Shown piece by piece: positions 28,216 through 40,900 of a stretch of 64,000 nt of DNA; within the stretch, counting starts at the first letter, position 1; each line of letters opens with the position of its first letter. Below the pieces are notes generated by a model that was given only the letters and a program-made list of their open reading frames with translations, was not told the DNA's origin and ran no database searches. This DNA is from Tubiluchus corallicola (Eukaryota > Animalia > Priapulida), in contig JAQGDQ010002387.1 of NCBI GenBank assembly GCA_030141605.1, positions 124,001 through 188,000 on the forward strand, in the 5' to 3' direction. Both the position numbers and the translations under genes were made by a program.

Positions 28216-31200
28216 ATAAATTATCATCTAAAGACATAGTTTTAATATAATGACGAGTTTTGCACTGTGTTGCTGCGATTAGCGATGACCACTAATTTAT
28301 ATTAACAATGGACAAAAATTGTTTCAGATGAGCGGTCCAGTTCTTCCCACTAAATGACATTATGCTTATTTATGCTATTGCTGTCTGCCAGCGCTTTCAT
28401 TAATTCATGGTTGTGCTAGAAAAATTGTGAACAGGGTAACTAACAGACGGAACATTATGCAATGTACTGTATTTTAGTACAAATGCCAATTACCAAATGC
28501 AGCATGCCCAGTGTCTAATTCATCCACATGTGTTACAGTATTGTGTTCTATAATTCTCCTCTTTAAGACAAGTCATCTTACCATTATACTTCTACATTGT
28601 TTAACTGACAAAAAGAAACTCTAACATATGTTTATTGTTTAACTTTGCATTTTGGTTATCACCAAGATCGTTTAATGTACTAACATACAATTTTATTGAC
28701 TATATCTTACTGTGACATTTTTACTTTTTTATGTTTCTTTATTTTAGAAATGTTTTAAATAATGCCAACATTGATTTCTTGAACGTGTAACTTTACTTAT
28801 ATTTTATAATCTTTAATTTATTCAGGGTTCTTATTAGGGTCACCATAATTATTATTTTTGTACATAGCTTATTAACGTACATTTATTATTTTATGTAAAA
28901 ATGATGTGCTTATTCTATTGCTTATGTTAGGACAATTTTAAAAAAATCCCTTAGGTCATTTATTAGCGTTTGATTTTGTTCATGTTAGATAAATGTCAGC
29001 AATACTTTTATTGCATACTTTATCAAAAATTGAATTTTTCATTTTTTGCCATAATTAGATTGTAATTCTAACCAAATAGAATAAACTGATAGTTTCAACG
29101 TCGAGATTAAATAAAAAGTACAGAGAATTTTGTGATTTCAATAATTAAATTGTTTTTCGCTTCGCTTAATATCTTTTACAAACTTATTTTTCAACTTTAC
29201 GAATTTGTAGTTCGATTTCTGATGAAGGACATTTTTGTATAACTGTGACTAAACAAAAACTTACGTTTGCTTACACTTACTGTTAAAGGGCAGTAAAATT
29301 CAATGACATATCTTGAAGATTTCTTGAAAAGTAAAATTAATTGCATAATAAATATTTTTATGGCTACTATTTGCTGTATTTGAGAACATTTGAGTCCAAA
29401 TTTTTGGTTTTGTCATAAAAAAACGTGAATTGTACTGAGGCAAATTTATTTTGCTGTTAACATAAATACTGAACACATTACATTTATTTCAGGTGATAGT
29501 GCTATATTTCATTCATTTTCAGCACTAACTCACTAGTGGATTTCAGCAAGCCAGCCACTCAGTCAATTTCCCTCTTAAAACGAGAAATTTTTAGTACATG
29601 TGCACTTAAGTAATGATCTGATTTACTATTTTGCATTTAATGACTTTGTTTCAAAACAGAAAATGGACTAGTAACATCTCCATAGTTATACATAAAAACT
29701 TAGTACATTATAAATTTACGAGTATCTTTTTATTTTTCACAGACGTATTACAGTACTGGTGTTACCATAACAACAATCATTAATCACACTACATGGTGGC
29801 ACAAATGTTTTTAGACATATAATTACAATATAAATAGGAATATCTAGCATAAATGCTATTACTAAACATATACATTATATAAATATACATCTGTTTTGTA
29901 CGTACGTGCAACATGACATCATCACATACTATAATGACTACACCAAATGGTGGTAACATTTACGTACTTCTTGAACATCACGAAGGGTAAAATTGAATTA
30001 AGTATAACCAAGGCAAATGAAGTCTGAAATTGCCAGTAGAGAAATTTCCTTTTTTTTACTGTGACTATAACCCAGTATTGTGAGGTCAGAAAATCGTTCA
30101 AACCATCTGCAACTATTCAACACTTAGCAAGCACTTTCTAAGAAAAGAACCTAGCTAGGACCACTAATGGAAGTAAACTGTGGAGCCTGTATAATATTGT
30201 TAATGAAACTGATTTAAACAAGTACACAAACTTACTTCACTAGTAGAAAAAAAAGGTACAAGTAACGCAGAAATTCGAAATTCTGTAAATCCAGTCTAGC
30301 TTAGTCATTCAGGACTAGTGCAATAAATAATTCAGAAACTTGTAATCATAACATAATAATGTAGCATTCAGAGTCGAGAGTTTTCTCTCAAAGAAACTTG
30401 CAAGTTTTATATCAAGAAATGTGCAAGTGTCTTCACACTAGAAAGCAGTGTCTGCTGTGACTACTCTAAGACAGTAATCATAAGCAAAACCTTATGACGG
30501 ATAATGTAGCGACATTGAGGTTAAAAGAAATTTACTCTTAGCAAATTGATTGTCTTTGCAACAGCTAGGAACTGTCAAGAGGTTTCACAATGAAAACAGG
30601 TCGTGTCTCTATTCAAAGCGAGAAGTGTAGAAAAGATGCAGATAGTAAACTCGCAGCAGGGGCATTTACACTAAACAGTAATCAACTCGTAGCTCTTGTC
30701 TGCGACTTCGCAATTTCTTGAAACAAAAAAGTCACAAAGCAGTTATACAAACAAATTTGCTGTAAAATAGAAAATTCTGCCGTTGGCCCAAGTGCAGAAA
30801 ATATATAAATCATGTGCAAACGAAAAAGCATTGTTTACAAAAAATTGCAAACTAAACCAAACTATAGGTATGGAATAACGGCTTGCTCATAAAACGGTAA
30901 GTTGTTTGAACCCCGCAACCAACACTTACATAAATTAGATATTGAAAAATCTGTAAAATACAAGGAAGAAATTGTAAGAACCTGCTTTATGTTACGGCAC
31001 ATTGGTAGACATTAACATCATCAAAATTCTATAAGTTATTTACACCTTGGTAATTTATAAGTTATATACACAAGGAATCACAAAATTAAATGACTGATCA
31101 ACTGAGTCGATGATACATGAACACAGTAATTAATAAACATCAGTTGTGCTGAAGGACAAATTGTGAAAAATAATAGTTCGGCGCTGAAATGCTTAACATT

Positions 31201-31982
31201 AGAATCCATTCGTGAAAAATTAACTTTAAGGCTATAAGAGTGAAAATTGTTCATAATAAAGCTGGGTGTGCAAAATTGTGTGTCAAAATAACAACCTAAC
31301 ACTTTTGCAAATCCAATGTTCATCCTGCATGATCGACATTGTGCACAAGAGCAACTCCACAAAATCATATTTAGAAAAACGTGAAAGAAAATAAATCCAA
31401 AAATCAAACTACTTGTTGTTACTAAAATCTCTTAGGAATTCTAAAAATGCAATTATTCGATTTGTGTGCAGCTAAGAATAAAGGAAAATTAATATAATGG
31501 ATTGAACTTCTAATAAAACAGAAATTTCAAGTATTAATAAGTTTCTTAACGTAAGAGCACTGGCTAGAAACTAATAATGAGATAATAATAATAATAAAAC
31601 TATAACTATATTTTTACTGTTAACAATGTTCATAGACTGATAACAAAAACATTAATAGTAGCTAGTTTGGCAAAACTTATAATGCAATACTTCAACATTT
31701 GCAAAAAGGAATCAGTGCACATTCAGCCTGTTTTTGTATCCTCTAAATCCATATTTAAGAATCACTAGAAAACCAGAAAAACAAGAAAATGGTAGTTATG
31801 TATTATGAATGGACGAATTACTTGGTAGATGAACATGTTCCAAAAGAAAGTGAAATCAAAATTAAAGTCACGTATCCATTCTTAACTCCTGGCTCCGATC
31901 CTATGACTAAAAATAATGCATTACATACAATGGCTGATTATATGGAAGCTCACTATCAAATAGTAGACGCACAGTGAAAAAA

Positions 31983-34900
31983 TCACACTTTGTCATCTGA
32001 AATGTAACAACAAATGTTTTACGTTTAATGCAAACTATGAAATGGCAAAGAAAATATTTGTCATTGATTAAGATATTTCATGCCATAGTAGATTTCAGGA
32101 ATTAAAAGAAAATCAGCGTAATTAAATATCAAATAGTGCTGTCGAAAGTTTGTTGGATACACCCAAGTTGAACACCAAATAATGGCACTTCAACATAAAT
32201 AATTAACTATAGTAAAAGTTAATATAGTTACAAGTCATAATAGTACCAATTGCATACAAGATAATGATACATCAGCATACAATAATAGTCGGGATATTGA
32301 TGAAAAACTTACCGTGGTACCACCACCTAGTCTTCTTTGGATTTTTGTTGCATGTGCGTACATAAAATGTGTTATCAGGTGGTCGTTTCTGCAACAAATG
32401 AAGGATAAATTATGACATTTTACTCGCATTGGAGGATCTGACAAAGCTAAACCATATCTAGAAGTACCTGTTCAATTATTTTTTATATTCTTGCATTTTT
32501 CATCAGAAGACATTTTTACGAAAAGTCACATATAAGTCAAAAGCTTCATAATGTTGATCATTAACAAGGTTTACCCGCTAAGCAGATTCTCCCACCCCTG
32601 GCCCGTCAGAAGTGCCTTAGTCAAGTTTGAATCTACGAGATAAATAGCCAAACTCAGTATGGTGAATGAAACCCACTCAAAGTAAACGATGGCAGTTACA
32701 CATCCATGAGTTGGCCAACCTTGGTGTTGCTTAACTTTTATTGCAAAGCACAGGCGCATGACCACTAGCCTATTTCCCTGAAATTTCACGTGTATTTTTC
32801 TCAATGTAGCTGACCAATGTATTTACAACTTCATTTACTGATTACTAATTACTGATTTTTTTACAAACCTTTTCCTTGCAGCTGCTTAGCATACTGACTA
32901 TACTTAAACAGATAGATTGTACAGAAAGCGCTGGTGACCAATCCTCTGTCAAGATGGATAGACAAATGTGGCCATTACTGTAGACATGTGGATGCACAGG
33001 AATGTGATTACCAGTGAAAACTACCTGTGGTAAAAATGCAGAAGTTCACTAAAATTCAGGAAAACGAAGACGTTTGTGGCTTCCTAGTTTGTCTACAAAC
33101 AAAGAAACCCAGTGTTCCTGGTTTAAAAATCCTCCGAGGAATTTTCCAGCACAATTATAGAGCTTACAAATCAATTTCGTCCTACTAAGCACAAAAAGTA
33201 GTGCCCAGCAGCAGAAGAAAAACTTCTGGCACTCCAACCATTTAATGTTTTCATTTTTGTTTCGTGGGTGAAGACACAAATTGTGCATGTTTTTTGCGTC
33301 CCTGAGACCGACTTTCCCTTTTCAACAAGAGGGGATAAAGATAAATGATTTTTTTCTAAAAATCACCCGGAGTTTGATTTGCAGTACTGACCAGAGTAAC
33401 TTTTCTATGTATGAGTTGTGCATAACACGACAGTCCTAAAACATTCAGCTCCAGCATTAAAAATTGCAAAGATTATAAAAGACATAGAACACTGTCACAA
33501 TAATACAATCGGCATTTAGAGAAACGCTACTGTTTCTCCCAAAATTTTCGATCTACTAAGCCACACGATACAATACACATGCCGGTAAGTAACAACATTT
33601 GCTTTTTTTCTAGATTGTATGTAGTAATTAGGACAGCTACGATGATTTCTGACTAGGCAATTTTGCTGCATTTTGAAAACTTTTGTTAATGTCGGATTAG
33701 TAATTAATAATTAACAGTAACTGAACTTTAGACGAATCTTGCACCCTTTCACCCTTACGCCCGGGGGCAATTGCTCCCTCTCGCCCCTACCTTGCTATGC
33801 CCCTGGCTACAGCAAAAGGTTGCAGGCAAAATTCCTTCACGCAAAATCAGGTGCAAATACACGACAATAAATCTCGCTTGATACAAAGAGCTACAAAGAC
33901 CATTTAGTAATCTGCCGGGAAGCAAAAACATACATAATAATTATGCTGTTTTATATTATCAGTGAGTTTTTAGGACATAATAATGCAATATGTACTGCTT
34001 TAATGCTTAAAATTAAATAAGAAAGTTGTTGATGAAATAAAAATGGTTTTGAGCAAAGTAAAAAAAATTGTCGTTAAAACGAAACATGAGTTAAGTGAGA
34101 AAAAGTGTCAAATGTTCAGCATTGTTACGTCACAAAAACAGGAGTTATTAAACGAGGTCTTACTGTATATGACTTTCAAAATTTAATTTACATAATACTT
34201 TATTTCATCTTTTGGATCTTAATGCTCTTTAAGAAGATGGAAGAAACTGTTTAAGGGAAATAAAGCTCTGGAGTAATTACCTCGGGTGAATCAAATGGAT
34301 ACCTATTACTAAATTTGAATAGTAGTTGAAAGCGTTCTCCCTCATACAGAGTACCTGTAGCACCTTCCATTTCTATTGTCCACCTATAATCATACATAAG
34401 TAACTATGTAAAATAATGAAGGCAGGGCCAACCATGCAAAATTTCATCTGCAGACCATACAACAAAATACCCTTGAATTTCTATTCCAAATCTTAACTTT
34501 ATAGATACACAGATCCAGTTATGAAAAACCAGGTCAATAAAGTGCAATTCATAATAAGTTTACATATAGCCGTATTTATACTCATCAACATGCAATTACA
34601 AGTTAGATCCCAGATGAAACCTTTACACGGATATCTAGGTTTCTGCACACTTAATGCCCACACAACTATAAACTCGCAATGATTTGCACAAAACACTAAA
34701 AACTTTTCAGTGTAGAACATTTTTACTAAAATAAAGTTTTGAAGACAATGTCAGTACATACGTGTGTAGACTGTGGTCTGCATTAACTTTTATCCCAGGA
34801 GGCGGATCTCGTACAAGTGTTGACAGCTCCTTCTGTAGTCGTTTCTGTTAAATTATTATTGTTATATTAGCTTAATATGTTACAACTGTTGTACGATATT

Positions 34901-37900
34901 ACATTGGACACAATAATTCACGAATTCTTATTAAAAAAGTTTAGACGACAATGGTGGTTACAGCCTATACTAGTAAAATAGTGACCGTGACTAGTAGCTA
35001 CTAACTATTTAAAAGCTTAATGCATTTGAAACAATATTTGATCATAATTTCGACAACTGTGACCTTCTATAACATTCTAATTTAAACAAGTACAGACAGC
35101 AATAAGCCTTTTATGCTATAAAGTGATGCCAGGACTCTCTTAATTCTTTTTAGGCAGTTTCACGCTTTTAATAATTTAGACCACTTGTGCACCTACTAAT
35201 GATTAATGATGACATACGGGCTCGTTTTTGTGCCTTGTAAATCCACTAATGGTCACCTGCCTGCAGATTGAGCCAAGTAAAACAAGGGTAGTAAAATATT
35301 CCCTTGGGTCAAATAAGGGACCAACTTGGAAACAAACATTTAGTTAGGAAAAATATGAGACTACTCGCTGGAGACATCATCTTTAATGATAAGAATAAAA
35401 AGTCCATGAGCTTTATTAGAATCAGAAGCAGATATTCTTTATTGCCAAAAGATTTTTTAAAAATCTGCTTTAAAAACTAATAAAGGGCATTCAACTTTTT
35501 ATTCATGATAATAAACATTTAGATCCTTTAGGTAAATATTATCCCTGGTCTATACCCAAAACAAGCTTTTTACAGTAAGTTGCTAACCCAACCAAGTATA
35601 CTTCAACTGTGGTTTCTTTACTGCCACAGAGCTACTACTGGCTTTCAGTACTATCATGTTTACTCTCAAATAAGGATAAGTTCGACGAAAGACGCAAGAT
35701 ACTTGAATTTTCTGAAACTACCTTCTCACATGGTAATGGAAAAACCAGGGCTGTCTCTCTCTCCTAGTCAATGCAACTGTGCTTTTCCTGTGTTTCATTT
35801 GTTGTGCCTCTGCAACTTTAATACGTGATTGTATGCTTTTATGTGTGATGTTTTTATTTGTAAATAATATAAAGAAACCAAAAAATTGGTTTTAGAATCT
35901 TTATGTGTTTCCCCCTTTTTATTTCAAGTCTTGTGTCTTTTTATTGTATTAATTGTGGGATTTTTTAATAATCAGCAAGGTGTGCAACTGGCTAATAACC
36001 ACTAAAAAGAATTTCAACTAATTAAATAAATTCTTTCCTAGGATTAGGAAATTAGGTGTTTCACAAATCTAACTCAGCCAGCACATGCATGGATATCACT
36101 GACAAACTGTATGTCTGTTCTCCATCACATAAATATGACAAACCAGTTATTAAAATTTAATGCAGAATTGAAAATATTACGGTTAACCTGTTTTTTACTC
36201 AAATACAGCCAAAGTTATACAACACACTTACATAAACTAACACTAGCTCAACAGTACCATATCAAGGCCTTGCTCAAACGAATATCAAGTACCTGGCATA
36301 AAAGAGTTTTTCAACAACCATGAACAACAGCAAGTACATTTGTACATGAGTACATCTATGGAATATTTGGCAAAATCCATATGGGCTGACAAAATCCTTA
36401 CTTCAAAAGTTGAAAGAGTGCTAGCATACAAAAGATGTTTTTAGAGCACTCGGTGCTTGTTTAAAAGACTTGACATTGGGGGCATTAACAATACCACTGC
36501 TTAAACTGTTCCATTCCTGCACAACACGGTAGGAGAAAAATGCTTGCTGATATGTGTGCATGAATGCTGAATATATAGTTTTTGCTAATGACATCAATGT
36601 AACTCTCTATGAGGATTCTCAAAGAACTCACTCCGATCCAAATTTGTGGCCGGATTCACTATCTTGAACATGCAGACAATTGTGTCATGGCTCTAATCTA
36701 GGGTAGGAACTGATATCGTTGGCAAGACGAAGACATCTTCTTTGGACTTTTTTATCTTCTCTTTAAAAGATACAGATTGCAGTGCCCTAATAACAACAGC
36801 ATATTCCAACAAAGGACTAATCAAAAGGTTTGTATATAGGTACAGCAACTGACGGCTCAGGGCATACGACTCTCTAATGATACCAATTCTTTGTTTAGCA
36901 GTCTTACATGAGTAATATAATTGTTGCTACCATATGCAGAATATCAATTGGAAGGTGCTGCATAGGAAGAGCAAGAAAGATGGTGGAATGCTTTTGCCCC
37001 CTAGTAAGGCCTACAAAAAGGTTAAGAAGATGCATTATGAGCATTTTGTGAATTCTTACAACATCATTGAATCATGACTAACACACATTAGGGAAACAAA
37101 GGCTGTTAAAGGGCAAGAAGAATTAATGAATTTTGCAGATGACTCGAGAATGGCCCCAGAAATACTGAATCATTGACCAGTATTAACAAAATAGAAGAAA
37201 TAAATAATCAGACAAATCTTTTGTGTATATTAGAGAAACTCCCAATGTACCTTTAACCAAGACAGAAAACAGAAGCATATAAAATTAGAATAAGTCAAAA
37301 ATGAAGTCCAACAGTTGACAATGTAGTGCATTTTGTTTAAGCTGCAGCTTTAGAAGCAACTGATCCAGTTTTCGGTAATTTAGGGTATGCCCAGACCAAG
37401 AAAGAAGGCCCCCAGATAGTGTTTACACGGGCAGCAAAAATTAGACTCTGGTACCCTTTTCCTTATACTCGTGGGGTACGCAATTGTTAAGATTCAGTAG
37501 CAGTGAAGAGATGGTCTTTATTCGTACATAAGAACAACGACTGGCGCATTTCACCTAACCACAGCTGTTAGGCCTGTGTCACACAGAAAAAGCCACAAAA
37601 AGCAAGCCATAATCCGTAAGGTATAAAGCGTCTTCCATCTTCCGTAAGGTGCATGTCATAATTCGCAGTATGCGCCTTGCTTTGTATAACTATGCGGGAG
37701 ACACAAAACTACTATATTTTAATATAATAGGTACTATAGTTTAATAGTTAAAATAATTTTACTCATTACAGAATAACAGATTGTCAGTCGCATACGTTGT
37801 ATATGCATAACATGATTGACTGGCATGCTGCCTCCTGCATGTAGTATACATTTATTATATGTATTGTAGTAATATGGCAGTAGTAATTAAGTGCTGTGGG

Positions 37901-40900
37901 TTAAATATGCCTTTTAATGTTTATAGTACATCGATGTTATGAATTGTTTTATACGTAATTCTTATGAAATGAATTTTGCATAGAAAAGCTTAATTATGCA
38001 AATTTTCACATTAGTGATAAGCAAAAATTCCTTATGGCAAATGAAATTAATGGCCAAAGGCTCAAAACGGCTTGCAAAGCTCCACTAGAGACCTTGATAA
38101 CATAGTTGCCCAATTCTGGCAGGTGGAAGTGTGTGAAGATGAAACCACTATTCTGAAGAAGATATCAAGATGATTATATATATATACTAATACTAATCTG
38201 TAATAAAACATACAGAGAATGTACAGTAATAAAATGTTGTAGGAGGATTCAGTAATTCTACCTAAGGATAATCACTACCAATTGCCAACACTATTGACAA
38301 TTGATAGTGATTATGCTTAGATAAACCCAATACCATTCTGAAGCAAGTATCCTGAGCTCCCAAAAACTTACCTGTGCTCCCTGTGGCACAGTCTAGATTG
38401 CAGGGTCGTAAAAACAAGCTACAAAATGACTGTGGAAATCTTAAATTTGCTAAATATGGCATATGCCGAGGAAATAAATGCCAAAAGTATTAATGGCAGC
38501 CCTAGAAAGATTTGGTATTAGCCTCACTTTGCAGTTAGTAAAACAAACAAGCCAGATAAAAACAAGAATTGTGTTTAATTGTGCTGTTCAATTTGAAGGT
38601 ACTACTCTCAACAGGAATGTTACGCAGGGCCCTGCTTCAGGAGTTGTGCTTAAATTTAGAAAAAACCAAATAGATTTCATGGCTGATCATGAATGCATGT
38701 TTCACCAAGCAAAGGTACTGCAGAGGATAGTGATATACAAAGATTTTTATGATGGGAAAATGGTTGTTTAAACGCATAACCAAAAGTCTACAGAATGGCC
38801 GTACACACATTCTGTGGAATGTGGTGACCAAGTGCAGCAGCTTTTGCACTCCAGAGTACTGCAAGGGATAACAGGCATTTGTATGATGAAAATGTATTGG
38901 AAGGCCATTAACTCCGATTTCCGATGATCCCGAGGATGCAGAACCATTGAGGCCAAATCGTCTGCTTTTGGCTCACAATCACGCTTTGCTGCCACAAGGT
39001 ATTTTTTGAGACTGATCGATACAAACACAAGTGACAACGCATTCAGCTCTTAGCGACAACAACAACAACAACAAAAAATAGACTATGCCAAAGAGAAATC
39101 TCAAAGTTAATGATGTGGTGCTTGTGAAGGAGATCAGATATCTGTAGCCACTGTGAAATATGTAACAAGCTCATGATGGCCTGAAGGAGTGAAGGATAGA
39201 TTTTTGGAGCAACCCATACAGAAGCTTTGTCTTCTGAAGGGTGCTGACAAATTGCTTGTTGAACATGTTTGTCAAAATGCTCTGGTCAAGTTTGCATTAG
39301 AGAGGGGGAGTGTTGCTGCCATATGTAGAATAGGAAGTTGGAAAGTGCTGGCCTAGTTATGAATGGACTTTGTATTTGAAAGAGACCTTTACAATGGGTA
39401 GAATAATCTTCTTACACACTGCATACCTTTCAATGTAACCATTTTGGGCTGTACTCTTGCCACTAGCATCTCTTCCTCTCACATTTCTATCTTCATCATC
39501 CTGCCTTCCCTTGCACATTTTTACTCAGCTTCACTGACAGACATTGCATCTCTTGCTCTGATGGCACATATAGCTGTTACAGCTGGGCTTTAAGCATTTG
39601 AAGCAAAGTCTTTTCTTTCTGGACAGCTCCAATCTGTCTTCTGGCTTCATGGCAGCCAAGTTTGCACATTCAGTTACGAAGTGTTCACCTATGCAGATGC
39701 TGCATGTACTAGGTCTCTTTGACTCACCTGATATTTTGAATAAAAAATTTGTTAGGCAACTTGCTTTAGCATCTTTTCTCGCCGTGAGTTTCTGGCATCT
39801 GTTCTTTTTCGGTCTGTATATTCTAAACTGATTTAGTAATCATTAAATTTCAGTGATCACATGGAAACCCGAGCCAAGATATCAGATCTTACCACCATAA
39901 GGCATCATGTGATTAAGTAAAAACATAGAAGGTATCAATAGTGACTTGTATAATTCTGAGAAAAGCACACTCAACAGTTTCAGCTGAAGAAGCCCACTGG
40001 TCAGACTGAGACTCAATACTGTCGAGATCTATTGTGGTCGTAAACATGTCAGAATCAAATTGTGATTTGATTTTAGCATATAATTTTAACAAAGCAGGGC
40101 TCCAATAGAAAGATGCATCCTTTATCTACACACTAATATAAAGAAAAGTTGAAACATACCTCCTATTCATAAAAAAATTACTGTTAGCGTCACGAGAACA
40201 GACTAAGACCGAGCGATTTCCTGAAATGTTTTCATTTGGGAGTTAGCAGATAGCAATATTTTTATCTACTGCTGTGTGCCACAGCCTAGGTGTTTTGGAT
40301 ATAAGCACGTGGTGCCTCCTGGTGTTTGTTTTTCCTAGTTTAGACAGGTGAGCTAGGTCAGGAAATAGGCCATTGGCCTCATTTCACAGTTAGCATATGA
40401 AAGAAGTGAGTCACCGGTATGCGGCAAAGATGTAAGTTTCATTTCTTCACATTTCGTCATGTCATATTATTATTAATTATCATTATACCAGTTACTTAAT
40501 GTTTTGACGTTGGTTTAGCAGAAAGAATTTTTAATTTTTCTTCAGCTAAAACGAAGTCGAACGCATGTCGCGTACAGTTTTATATCTCAGTCTGTGTACC
40601 TAGAAGAGACGGCCATATTGCTTTCGAGAACAGAACACCTGGACAAGGGTAGTACAGCATGGCTTCCGGGCAAGGACGAGATTTGTTGAGACTAAATGAA
40701 GAACAGCTTCAGCAAAAAACCGTACAAGAGTTAAGAAAGTTGCTACGGGATAAGGGATTACAAGTCGCTGGAAGCAAAGCAGAATTAGTCCAACGAGTAC
40801 TGGACAGCGAGATTACTGCAGAGGTAACCACGCCTACTTCAAAGAGTGAGAGTGTTAAAACGGCTCGTGACCAATCAGGCGAGGTGGGAGTGATGCAAAC

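Noticed and set aside
39360-39900. Nested host zinc-finger gene in the UBE2W intron
   Set aside because: Cys/His spacing and the RLCFKCL motif match BEL Gag knuckles, and the frame contains stops.
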